Positions 52,101-64,000 of a DNA stretch of 64,000 bases are shown piece by piece. Source of the stretch: Rhina ancylostomus (taxonomy: Eukaryota); the NCBI GenBank assembly GCA_030265395.1, contig JARFYF010000054.1, forward strand, positions 24,925,264-24,989,263, written 5' to 3'. The notes under the pieces are model-generated. The model saw nothing but the letters and a program-made list of their open reading frames with translations. It made no database searches and was not told the origin of the DNA. The position numbers and the translations under genes were made by a program. The first letter of the stretch is position 1. Each line of letters opens with the position of its first letter.

Positions 52101-54019
52101 AGAGGAGGCCACATGACATGCGCTGATCCTCCCAGGTGATTGACAGTGAAACCCTTGATGACACTTCTACATTGTACCATTTTTTGGCATGGGGTGGAGC
52201 TTCATATCCACAATCCCACCAGTACCCAATTAAGAACACATCAAGTGTTTCCATTTCAATCACTTGAGAGGAAGGGTATATTTAAAAGATATAAGTAAAC
52301 TGCCTGATGTACCCTCTTCCAAAATGTCCATACCCCATTATGAGACCAAAGTTCAGCACCGTATTTCTCCCACCACCTGCACCCTGTCATTTCATCCCGA
52401 GATCCTTTGGACACTCTCACCCCAAACCTCCCTTAATCCCAGACAGAGCCAGAGATCCTGATCTTTCCTGGGGTCTCACTTAATCAAAGACATCTCACCA
52501 TTCAGGATTCCAGAAGTGCTGAAAAATCTTGGTGGACCTTAAAGGGGATGGTGCATGTCAGCTCCATGGAAGGCATATAGACAACCCTTCACCCTTCCTG
52601 GATGAAGGCTACTTCTGCCCACTATCTCACCCTGTGCAGATCCACCTCAAAGCTGCCCATTTAAAATATGTGCACTGTTAGTACCTGATCAGGTGCTGAG
52701 AGTGTGCAATCAAATGGTGGTGTCGCATTGTTTTTTTCCCCCATTAGTCTTCCACCACTAGCACACACAAGTTCTAGTTCTCAGACATTACAAGGGAAAA
52801 TGCACAAGTATAGAGTTGTGGTGAGGACCTAAACATACCTAATCCTCCATTGTTTCAGCCACCAGTAATAAACACAATCTCAATCCTGGAGATAAAGAGA
52901 AGCAGCTAGACTGCTCCTCTGGTTAGCCATTTCTGCCTTTTGCTGTGCACTGCCTTATTCTGCAAGGGATAGGAAAGTGCATCAGAGACACCACTCTGTG
53001 GTTGGACAGTGTGGCCTGGTTGAATGTTACATAGTTCAACAGCTAGCAATTATACAAACGATGAGATGTGAGTGCAAGGCATGCATCATTGCTAAGCATG
53101 TGAGCATTGTATGACTAATTAAATGTTTTTTTTAAGTACAAATCCTGACTGAAAGATATTGATGTTGGATAAGGAAACTGGGAGTGGTGCTGTGAACAGA
53201 GGCGAGACTAAGGGTTCAGCTGATAGGGTATGATATTTGACTGTGACCACCTCTGAGGTGATTGAACATTTGCTACACTCTATCCAGGATTTGGGAGTTG
53301 ACACTAGGCATAATCCACCATAATTACCAACTCCCACTGACTTTGGAAGAGTTTAAAGGGCATCCTCGTTCACTTATAGATACAACACTTTTGTCTTCCT
53401 CTTCGTTCCTTACAACACTTCGAGTCAACCATGAGACAGTTTTGGGACCTGCAGGTTTTCCCATATTATTCCATTATTATGACTCCTTCCTAATTAGAAT
53501 GTGTTGCAATGACTATCGATATCTTATGGAATCACAATGCCCCTCCCCTTTAAGAGGCTGACTTTAAGCAGTGCAGGCTAACTTGAAGTGGTGTTTGTCA
53601 CTCAACAGCACAATTAGCACTGATAGCAGACTTTGAATCATTCAAATCAGCACTAATTTGGTGGAGTGCCAATTAAATTGGAAGTAATGAATGCAGATTA
53701 TTCCCAAATCATGATCCCTGTTGCTATCCAGTGTAGTCACTGAGATGTAATAGTGGAAAATAGATTATAGTTTTCAAGAGGAAGCTGAGCTTCTTCAAGG
53801 CAACCAGAGAGATAGGGAAGTGTGAGTAAAGCAGATTGTGAGGCACCAAACAGCAGTAGGTTAAGGAGGATTAAGTATACAGATGTNNNNNNNNNNNNNN
53901 GTTCAGAGGGTAACATTAATAAGGCTAGGTTAAGATGATGCTGTATGGTACTGGGTCAATTAGTATCAAGTAGAATGAAATAGGTTGTGTTAATAGATGG
54001 AAGTTTACTGAGTGTCTTT

Positions 54020-54410
54020 GGACAGGGTTCTATTGAAAAAGCAGTGTGATAACATTGACCTTGTAGAGGTTTATAAAATCATGAGGGCATAAGTATGGTA
54101 GATAGTCACACTTTTTCTGAGAGGTGAGTAAAACTAGAAGGCATAAGCTTAAGTGAGAGGGGATAGATTTAAATGGGACCTGAGGAGCAAATTTTTCATG
54201 ACATTCTATATAGTATATAGAATGAGCTACTGGAGGAAATGATGGAGACAGATACAATTATAATGTTTAAAAGTCATTTGGACAGGTTCAGGGATAGGAA
54301 AGGGATATGGGACAAAGGTGTAGTCAAGTGAGATTAACTCAGGAAGGTGTGTTGCTCAATGTGGATGAGTTGGGCTGAAGGGCCTGCTTCTGTGATGTAT
54401 GACCATATGG
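54020..54410 (+). mobile_element. CR1 LINE 3' end
   Basis: GACCTTGTAGAGGTTTATAAAATCATGAGGG...GGGCTGAAGGGCCTGCTTCTGTG. Confidence 0.8.
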
Positions 54411-55384
54411 CTCGAAATATAGAAACATGGGTTAAGTTAGCATAGACAGACATGGTTGAGAGGCCAATGAATACAAGTATATTGAAAAGATTTGGTTGTA
54501 ATTTGGTTGAGTTGCTGTTTGACAAACATGGGTTGAGGTATAAGATATGCATTTTCTGTTGAGATGGCACACAACAGGCAGGGGTTTAAGTAGCGTTGCA
54601 TGGTATGCATGTGGTTTTGGGTAGCAATGGATGGATGTTGGTTTCTTTCAAGACATGTCCAAAAACATAGTGAGCTTTGCTAAGGTGCCAAACAATCCTT
54701 GGCATTTAATACATTTCCGTGCAATTTTCTACAATGTCAATTTTTGTTAAGTAATTGAATACATTATAAAATAACTTAATCAGAAAACACATCTTAAGTG
54801 AGGTGTTTGCATTGTAAAGTATTACCATTCAACATCTTTCTAAAAGTTCTGGAAATTTTATGATTTTAGGTGTAATTCTTAGCTGAAAGTATTAGCTTTG
54901 CAAACCGCAGCCGGAACTCACTGCTTTGACCCAGAGAATTATTTTTTACTTGTCTCTAAGCAACCTAAACCTCAGTGGTCTAAATGTTGTGAAAGAAGGA
55001 AGTAGTGCATCAAGGTTCTCTATACCAAGACACGCACAGACACAAAGCTTCTCATCTACTGAAATTCAATTGTGTTTCTTTAAAGGTCAATACTTCTATG
55101 TGACAGTTTAAATCATACTTTCTTGGAGACAATAGTCGTCCCTTTTACTCTTGAACCATGTGCTTGCAAAGCAGCTCCAATANNNNNNNNNNNNNNNNNN
55201 NNNNNNNNNNNNNNNNNNNNNNNNNNNNNNNNNNNNNNNNNNNNNNNNNNNNNNNNNNNNNNNNNNNNNNNNNNNNNNNNNNCAATAACTCCTGAAAAAT
55301 GCTGTAACCTGTCAGTCAAGGTCCCACTCTCTAATCATTCTTTCAACAAGATTAGGGACATTTCTGTTACTGGTTCTGTCAGAT

Positions 55385-55675
55385 CTGGCTCAGTTGACAT
55401 AGTTCTGCACTGATTTCTGTCGGGGAGTCTGAAAATTGTGGGTTCAAGTCCTAACTCTACACACCTTAGCACATTTTAATTTCATTCCATTGAAGTTCTG
55501 AGATTGCTGCAATTTCAGAGGTATCCCCGTTCAGGTGAGATATGGAACTGAGACCTTGTCTTACCTTTCACATGTGCTGAGATGATTTCACTGTAATATT
55601 CAAAGAGGAGTGGGATAGTCAATTTTTATCTGTCAAACAACTAAAACAGATGAATTAATTATTTATTTCAAACAG
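55385..55675 (+). mobile_element. Old Deu-domain SINE (SacSINE1/AmnSINE-like), split by the Penelope insertion
   Basis: GGCTCAGTTG...GTGGGTTCAAGTCC head, then GCTGCAATTTCAGAGGT...TTCAGGTGAGAT Deu-like body; probable tail resumes at about 56410-56660. Confidence 0.5.
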
Positions 55676-55679
55676 TTAA

Positions 55680-56410
55680 ACTGAAACTGCAGATGCCGTA
55701 AACTACAATAAAAACAGAAAATGCTGGAAACACTCAGTAGGTCACACAACAGGAAAAACAAAAGAGAATCAGAATTAATGTTAAATTCAAAGGCCTTTCC
55801 TCAAAACTGGGAAGGAGAGAAATGAAGTTGGTTGTAAGTTGCAGTGCAGGTGGAGGAAGGTTGGATAGAGCAAGGAATATCTCAAATAGGGTGAGGCCAG
55901 GGTTGCAGTAGGCTAAACTGGAAACAAGCCACTCAAAGGATTAATGGCAGTGGTTATGGAGCAAGAGAGAGAGAAAAACCGAACAAAGGAACATAAATGA
56001 AATGAAGTAAAAGCAGTGAGAGAATGACACATCAAACAAAGGGACATAAAGGTTGTGAAATGCAGAGCTGTAGGATGTACCTGCAGGCCAAGCTGTGTTA
56101 ACATGGGGAGTAAAACTGAACCAATATCACTAGCCAGTTCTGATAAAGACAGAATATTTTAACTGAAGCTGCAGAATTCTATATTGAGTCTGGAAGGCTA
56201 CATCTTGTCAGGTGGAAGATGAGATGTGCTTCCTCAAGATTGCATTTGACATCATTATAATGGTGCAGGATAGACCAGAGTGGGACCAGGATGGAGGATT
56301 AAAGTGCCAGGTGAAAGGACGCTCGGGGTCATGCCTGTGACTGAAAGGGCAATGACTTAGTCCACAGAGGCAACCGTGAGTTTCCTGTTGCTCTTTGTTG
56401 GAGCTCGCTG
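55680..56410 (-). mobile_element. Penelope-like element 3' fragment
   Basis: Minus strand near 56160-56250 gives KCNLEEAHLIFHL...RLNIEF (frameshifted). Pseudo-LTR end at 55686-55815 (CTGCAGATGC...AACAGAAAATGCTGGAAACACTCAG). Confidence 0.7.
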
Positions 56411-56649
56411 AGAGCAAATTGACTGTATGTTTCCTCCATTATAGAAATCCCAACGTGCATTAATGTTAGTGATGTAAAATGTCCAAAGGAACTTCAGGAA
56501 AGATATTTAAGAAATAAGACAATATGGCCAAACAAGGAGATATTAAGTTAGCTGATCAAAACCTCAGTACAATCATAACTACATTTCAGAAGTGTTTTGT
56601 TGTCTGTCAAGTATTTGGGAATGTAATGACATCATGATAGCCACTGTAT

Positions 56650-57690
56650 AAATCAAGCAAAGTCAACATAGTTTTGTGAAACAAAAATCATGTTAGACCA
56701 ATTTACTGGAGTTCTTTGAAACAACATGTGCAATGAATAAGTGGAGACCAGTGGATGGACTTAGATTTTTAGAAGGCATTTAGTGAGGTGCTATATCAAA
56801 GGTTTTTGTTGAAAATGGTTATTTATCTGGTTGACAAGATGTAACATGGTGTTCCACAGTGATCGGTGCTGGGCCTTCAAATTTTTACAATTTATATAAA
56901 TGACTTAAAGGCACCCAGGTATAGTTGCTAAATTTGTGGATGACACAAACTTAGGTTTAGAGTTATGTAAACGATATAACAAGACTACATAGAGACATAG
57001 ATGTGTTAAGTGAGTCAGCATAGATCAAGCAAATGGAGTATAGTGTGGGAAAATGTGAAATTGTCCATTAACAGAAAAAAATAAAATAAATATTATTTAA
57101 ATGGTGAGAGACTTTGCAGAGGGATCTGAGTGTTACAATCCATGTCTCACAAAAGCAAGTATGCAATTACAGCAAGAAATTATGAAAACTGACAAAGTTA
57201 TTGTCTATTGTGAAAGGAATAGACTTTAGGGCAGGTTATGCTTTAGTTATGAAGGANNNNNNNNNNNNNNNNNNNNNNNNNNNNNNNNNNNNNNNNNNNN
57301 NNNNNNNNNNNNNNNNNNNNNNNNNNNNNNNNNNNNNNNNNNNNNNNNNNNNNNNNNNNNNNNNNNNNNNNNNNNNNNNNNNNNNNNNNNNNNNNNNNNN
57401 NNNNNNNNNNNNNNNNNNNNNNNNNNNNNNNNNNNNNNNNNNNNNNNNNNNNNNNNNNNNNNNNNNNNNNNNNNNNNNNNNNNNNNNNNNNNNNNNNNNN
57501 NNNNNNNNNNNNNNNNNNNNNNNNNNNNNNNNNNNNNNNNNNNNNNNNNNNNNNNNNNNNNNNNNNNNNNNNNNNNNNNNNNTTTAAAATAGGAGAATAT
57601 GTGGGAGGAAGGGTTTAGATAGTCTTAGGTGTGGTTTAAAGGTTGGCACAACATGGTGGGCCAAAGGTCCTGTATTGTTCTTTGGTAAAG
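56650..57690 (+). mobile_element. CR1 LINE RT fragment and 3' end around a gap
   Basis: AATTTACTGGAGTTCTTTGAA (NLLEFFE), GGTGTTCCACAG, AAATTTGTGGATGACACAAAC (KFVDDT). Confidence 0.8.
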
Positions 57691-57755
57691 TGTAATGGTT
57701 ACAGAGAGAGTGCACTGCAGGTAGACAATAAGGTGGAATGTCATAACGAAGTAGA

Positions 57756-58550
57756 TTATGAGGACTCTTTCCATCTTGTCATACTAGGCAACTGTTCAAT
57801 AGTATTATAACAACAGCAGGATAGAAGCTGTCTTTGAGCCTGGTGGTATGTGCTTTCAGACCTTTGTATCTTCTGCCTATTGGGAGAGGGGAGAAGATGG
57901 AATGTCCGGAGTGGGTGTGTCTTTGATGTTGGCTGCTTTACTGAGGCAAAGAGAAGTACAGACACGGAGAGAAGGTTGGTTTCCGTGATACGCTGAGCAA
58001 TGTCCACAACTCTCTGCAGTTTCTTGCAGTCCCAGGCAGAGGAATTGCCATACGAGCCATAACGGATCCAGATAGGATGCTTTCTATGGTGCATCAATAA
58101 AAATTGGTGAGGGTTGACAAGGACATGCCTAATTTCTTTAGCCTCCTGAGAAAGTAGAGGTGCTAGTTAGTTTTTCTTGCTGTGGCATTTACATGGTTGG
58201 ATCGGGGCAGGCTCTTAATGTTCACTCCTAGAAACTTGAAGCTCTCAATCCTCTCGACCTCAGCACCATTGATGTAGACAGGAGCATGTGCATCATCCTC
58301 CCTCCTGAAGCCAAGAACCAGCTCTTTTGTTTTGTTGACATTGAGGGAAAGGTTGTTGCCGTGACACCATGTCACTATGCTCTCTGTCTCCCTCCTGTAC
58401 TCTGATTCATCATTATTTGAGATATAGCCCACTACTGTGGTCTCATCTGCGACCTTGAAGGTGGAGTTAGAGCAGAATCTGGCCACGCAGTCATGAGTGT
58501 CTAGGGAGTAGAACAGGAAGCTGAGGATGCAGCCTTGTTGGGCACCATGT
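57756..58550 (-). mobile_element. Rex1/Babar-like LINE 3' fragment
   Basis: FKVADETTVVGYISNNDESEYRRE...WCHGNNLSLNVNKTKELV...FKFLGV. Confidence 0.88.
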
Positions 58551-58784
58551 TAATCTTTTAAACTCACTTCCTCCAAGTTCAATGGAAACAGAGCCTTTGA
58601 ATATGTTTGTGAAAGACTAAGATTCTTGATAAACGAATGGGTGAAAGGTAACTGAAGGGAGGTGGGAGTATAGAGTTCAGGTTACAGTCAAATCAGCCTT
58701 GATCTTATCGCATGGCAGAGTAGGTTGAGGGCTGAGGGGCTTATTCCTACTCCTAATTCATATGTCTGTATGACAACTCTTACA

Positions 58785-59335
58785 TTACCAGTTTTTACAG
58801 ATGCACCATAGAAAGCATCCTATTCGGATGCATCACATCTTGGTAAGGCAACTGGTCTGCCCAAGACCACAGTGAACTGCAGAGAAATGTGAACACAGCC
58901 CAGCAAATCATGTGTAACAGCCTCTGCTCTATTGACTCTGTCTACATTTCCCACTGCCTCAGGAAAGCAGCTGAATAGTCAAGGACCCCTTGCATCCCAG
59001 TCATTCTCTCACCTCAGGCAGAAGGTACAAAAGCTTTAAACCACGTACCACCAGACTCAAACATGTTTTCTATCCCACTGTTATAAAAGTCTTGAACAGA
59101 CCTCTCATACGCCAAAGATGAATCCTTGATCTCCCACTTACCTTGTCGTGGCCCTTGCACTTTATTTGTTTATCTGCACCGCACTTTCTCTGTAGCTGCT
59201 ACAATATACTCCCCATTCTGTTTCTTTTTAGTACCTCAATGTACTAATGTACAACATGATCTGTGTGGATGACGCATAGACAAAAAGCTTTTCACTGTAT
59301 CTTGGCACATATGACAATAGTGAACCAATTCAATT
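58785..59335 (+). mobile_element. Rex1/Babar-like LINE 3' end
   Basis: AGATGCACCATAGAAAGCATCCTA...ACCACCAGACTCAA; its 3' UTR is shared with the copies at 4905-5115 and 6720-6935. Confidence 0.8.
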
Positions 59336-60493
59336 CTGCCAAAGTAGAAGGATCCACTTTCACCCATCTCCAGATACTGAAAACTTTAACCGAACGTGTT
59401 TTCTACAGTTATATTACTGGTATCCCAACACAGCAAAGTATCTGAAAAAGCACTTCCTAAATTTGCAGTGCCACCTACTTGATGAAATCATGCCGATTGT
59501 TTTACTCTGAATGCTGGCATGGATAGATTTCGATGTGAGTGATCATGTGGCAAAGTCGACTCCACAAATAATATTTTGGCCCTTTACTTTGTTCTGACCT
59601 TAGCTTGATCCCATCGTGAAACCTGCTACTGAGATGAGTCATAGTGTGAGTGGTTTATCCAACAGAATCATTTTACTTAACCAGCTCTCTTGATATGAGC
59701 AAAAGGGGTTTAATTTTTATATGCATATATATGGAGTTAATTTACAGTGCTGGACGTTGGTAATAAGACCAGTAGTAATTTCCCATCACTAACTGCCTTA
59801 GAGAAGCTGGCCGTGAGCTGCCTTCTTGAACCACTGGTAAAGTGTTCTGGGATTTAGACCCAGTGACAGTGAAGAAATGGCAATGCTACTTCAAGTTAGG
59901 ATGGTGTGTTCCTGTATGCCTACTGACCTTGTCCTTCTTAGACATTGCGTATTTGGCTGCTGCTGACTGAGTAGTCGGGGTGAGTTACTGTGGTACGTTT
60001 TGTAGATGGTACACACTTCAGCCACTGTGTGCAAGTGGTACAGGATATGAATTTATGGGGTGGTGGCTGGGGTACCAAACAAGCAGATTGCTTTGTCCTA
60101 GATGGAGCAGACTTTCTTGATTGCTTTTGGGGCTTCACTCTTACAGGCAAGTGGAGATCTATGTCTTGTTGACGCCACTGAAGTGACGTANNNNNNNNNN
60201 NNNNNNNNNNNNNNNNNNNNNNNNNNNNNNNNNNNNNNNNNNNNNNNNNNNNNNNNNNNNNNNNNNNNNNNNNNNNNNNNNNNNNNNNNNNNNNNNNNNN
60301 NNNNNNNNNNNNNNNNNNNATTGTTGGTTTAGTGGTTAGATTCTCTCTTGAAGAAAATGGTCATTGCATGGCAGTACTGCAACATAAATATTATGATTCA
60401 CATCAGTCCAGGCTTGGTATCTGGGTCCTGTTGAACAGAGGCATCACATAGAACGTAGAACATAGCATCATTCTGTGAGATGTTGCAGAGACA

Positions 60494-60790
60494 GGTACGG
60501 TAATGTAGTGGTTAGCATAACACTATTACAGCGCCAGCAACCCAGGTTCAATACCGGCTGCTGTCTGTAAGGAGTTTGTACATTCTCCTTGTGTCTGCGT
60601 GGGTTTCCTCTGGGTGCCCTGTTTCCTCGCACATATCAAAGATGTATGGGTTAGGAGTTGTGGGCATGCTATGCTGGCACTGGAACTGTGGTGACACTTG
60701 CGGGCTGCCCTTAGAACATTCTACACAGAGGTGCATTTCACTGTGTGTTTTGATGTACGTCTGACTAATAAAGAAATCTTGTCTTATCTT
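60494..60790 (+). mobile_element. tRNA-derived SINE (HE1-like)
   Basis: TAGTGGTTAGC A-box, GGTTCAATACC B-box, TGCGTGGGTTTCCTCTGGGTG body, AATAAA and an ATCTT-type tail. Confidence 0.8.
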
Positions 60791-61865
60791 ATGGAATTAC
60801 ACAATCCAGAAACTGGCCCTTCAGCCCAATTCATCCATGCTGACCAAGATACCTACCTGAAGTACCATTTGACTGCATTTGGCCCATATCCCTCTAAACC
60901 TTTCCTATCCATAAATCTGTTCAAATGTCTTTTCAACATTGTAATTTTACCCACCTCAACCACTTCCTCTGACAGCTCGTTCCATGTACTCACAACCCTC
61001 TGTGTGGAAAACTTGCCCCTCAGCTCCTCTTTATATCTTTGCCCTCTCAACTTATACCTATGCCCAGTGGCTTTAGACTCCCCTACCCTAGAAAAAACAC
61101 TGTGATCATCCACCTTATCTATTCCAGTCTTGATTTTGTAAAACTTTACAAGGTCACCCCTCAGCTTCCTTCGCTCCAGGGAAAACAGTCCCAGCCTATC
61201 AAGTCTCTCCTTTTAACTGAAGCCTTCCAGTCCAGCAACGTCCTTGTGAATCCTTTCTGCACTGCTTCGAGCATAATTACATCCTCCCTATAGTATGGCA
61301 ACTAGAATCGCACACAACATTCCGAGTGCGGTCTCATCAATGTCCTATAACATGATGTCCCAACTCTTGTACTCAATGCCATCCAATGAAGGCAAGCATG
61401 CCGATCGTCTTCTTCACCACTTTGTCTACCTGCGTCGCCATTTTCAGAGAACTATGTCCTTATACCCCTAGGTCTCTCTGTTCCACCACAGTCACCAGAT
61501 CCTTGAATACACATTCACTTTGTATGGCCTACCCTGGTTTAACTTCCAAAGATGGATCACTTCACACTTTTCAGAGTTAAATTCCATTTGCCATTCCTTT
61601 GGCCACTTTCCCAGTTGATCTAGGTCCTGTTGTAACCTTACACACCTTTCCTCATTGTCCACCACATCAGCAATTTTAGTGATATCTCCAAACTTACTAA
61701 TCATGCCACCTGGAGTCTCATTAATATATGACAATAGCAGGGGTTCCAGCACTGACCCTTGTAGCACACCACTGGTTACTGGCCTCCAGTATGAAAATCA
61801 ACCCTCCACCACCATCCTCTGACTCTTTCCACCAAGCCAATTTTGTATTTAACTGTCCAGCTCAC
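60790..61865 (-). mobile_element. CR1 LINE RT-to-3' fragment
   Basis: LQGSVLEPLL...ISKFGDITKI...LQQDLDQLGKWPKEWQMEFNSEKCEVIH and RGKFSTQRVVSTWNEL. Confidence 0.9.
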
Positions 61866-62524
61866 CAAGGCTTGAACCTTGCAAACATTCCTTATTCTGA
61901 CCTGATGATAGGAGTGTTGGTCATTGATGAAACAGTTGAAGATGTTTGGGTCAGGGCACTACCTTGAGGAATCCCTGCAGTGACAGACGGGGATGATTTT
62001 CCTCCACCAACCAAAATCAAGGGGTGACTCCAGCAAATGGAGTGTTTTCCCATTAGTGACCATGTTCTTCAGTTCTATAGGACTCCTTAATGTCGTGCTC
62101 CATCAAATGTTACCTTGATGTCAAGGACAGTGACCCTCACCTCACCTCCAAATTCAAATGTTTGATCATGTTTGAGCATCCGTGCAGAGATGATTGGTGA
62201 GTAAGTGCCACTTTAGAGTACTGTTGATAACATTTTCCATAACTTTTGGTGATTGTGAGTAGATGATTGAGGGCATAGATGGGCAATTGACAACACTCTG
62301 CTATTGTTGCAACTCTACTGGAAGAACTTAGCTAGAGGTACAGCATGTTTTCAGTACTACAGCCAGGATGTTCTCTGGTCACACTTCCCTTTCAACTTCT
62401 AGTTCTCTCAGACATTTCTTAATGTCACATGGAGTGAACCAAGTTGGATAAAGACAGCCTCAGTGACGTTGAGGATTTCATGAGGAAACTGAGATAGATC
62501 ATCCTTGCAGCACTCCTGCCTGAA

Positions 62525-62660
62525 CTAGACTGATGCAGGGTCTGGACCCAAAACATCAACTTAAATCTTTTGCCTCCACAGATGCTGATTGCCCCACTGA
62601 GTTCTTCCAGTGTTCTGTTTTTGTTCTAGATTCCAGCATCTGCAGTCTTTTTTATCTTCA
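62525..62660 (+). mobile_element. Penelope pseudo-LTR copy
   Basis: CTGATGCAGGGTCTGGACCCAAAACATCAACT followed by the CCACAGATGCTG...GATTCCAGCATCTGCAGTC tail. Confidence 0.65.
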
Positions 62661-64000
62661 AACAAATGTTTCTGGCTTGACTTTGGCATTCACATGTTGG
62701 ACACAGCCATCATTGAGAAGGGGAACATTCTTGGAGCTTCCTACTTTCTACTGGCAGGTAGGACGGCAGAGCTTTGATCTGATCCAGTGGTGGTAGGATC
62801 ACTTGGCTCTGTCTTTTGCAACGTGCTTTTGCTTTTTAAGGCAAATGTATCCTATGATGCAGCTCCACCAGGTTGGCACCTCAGTTCCTTGACTCTTGAT
62901 GGGATCCACCTAATTCCGTACAACTCCCAACACTTTGCTGCGCAGCATTCAGAGAAGGGCATCATATTTAAAGGCACTCTCTGCACAGCCACCAAACATT
63001 ATCTGCATGCATTTCAGCTTCCCTGGAAAAGAGAGAGGCTGCACATGAGGAGACAGCTCCCACATTCACTTGAAAGGATGCGCATGAATTGGTCAACAGG
63101 ATACATGCTAGGAAGAAGGTGTGGAACACCAAGGACTCAAGAAATCCACCTGACAGGAGGTGGGTACAGCAGACTCCTCCAGCAGTGAGAATCCCCACAC
63201 AATGGAACAAAGCTGAAAGAAATTTCAGAGCGTCAAATGATGTGTCAAAGTGAGCTGAACAACTATTACATTTGCAGAGTGGAGATCTTCACGGAAAACA
63301 TTCTGATGTTAATTCTGAGTTCCTCATGCAAGATGCCACACATGAGGAAGTACAGAGATGTTGTAGAGAGCTGTTAGAGTAAATGGAATTTCAGTGGTTC
63401 AGCGTGTGTTNNNNNNNNNNTGTTCCAGTCCGTGCATGTGGAACTGTACAGCAGGATGTGAGGAAACTGCTGCCAGTCATGTCACCACTGAGACATCCAT
63501 TAAATGATTACCCCATGAGTTAGGTGCTAGGACAAGCATTCCCTGTTTGTTGTAACACAATCTGTGGAATCAAGGTTGCCTGTTACACGGCAGACATTTC
63601 TACATTTATCGATAGGAGTGGGCTGGCAAAGCTGTGACCTGCAATTTTCACTCACAGTAAAAAGAGGAGCAAACCCCTCAGAAGTTGCAGAGGGGAAGGA
63701 CAAGGAAGTTCTGGTGCATGAAATACGTGCCAGCAGAGAGGTGTGCTGTACACTGAAAGAAGGAGACCAGCCAGGGCTGCAGGTAGGAGCCTGGCAGGAT
63801 GTGACTGCTATTCTCTCGACCAGAAATATGGTAAGTAGTTTCACAATTTCACAATACAACACACTATTGAAACTACTGTTATTTCACAAAATAATACTTA
63901 TCCAGACACTCAAGCAATCACACAAACTGTTACTCAATGTTACCTGTACACAACGCCCTCTGCTACACCATCGCCCATCCTCACCCCACTATTGACATTC

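Noticed and set aside
1-64000. CRISPR array, operons or other prokaryotic systems
   Set aside because: No regularly spaced repeats and no dense ORF packing; the window is vertebrate intergenic DNA.

Overview
Eukaryotic (vertebrate) draft-assembly DNA with many N gaps. The repeat content (CR1, Rex1/Babar-like and Tx1 LINEs, Penelope-like elements, HE1-like and Deu-domain SINEs) points to a cartilaginous fish, probably a ray or shark; this is an inference. I found no intact protein-coding gene: the ORFs with a recognisable product are decayed retrotransposon fragments. The one clear gene is the hematopoietic microRNA mir-142 on the minus strand (28784-28871). It sits in a CpG-rich, mostly repeat-free block with a tight E-box/GATA/RUNX/ETS cluster about 0.9 kb upstream and candidate splice sites for a host transcript. 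Other notable items: (i) many Penelope pseudo-LTRs carrying minimal hammerhead-ribozyme motifs, some as fold-back elements; (ii) six pieces of one LTR family, including a solo LTR with a 5-bp TSD; (iii) a tRNA-Glu(CTC) pseudogene directly upstream of a SINE; (iv) nested insertions and several assembly artefacts. Family names come from recalled consensus motifs, not database searches, and most repeat boundaries are approximate.
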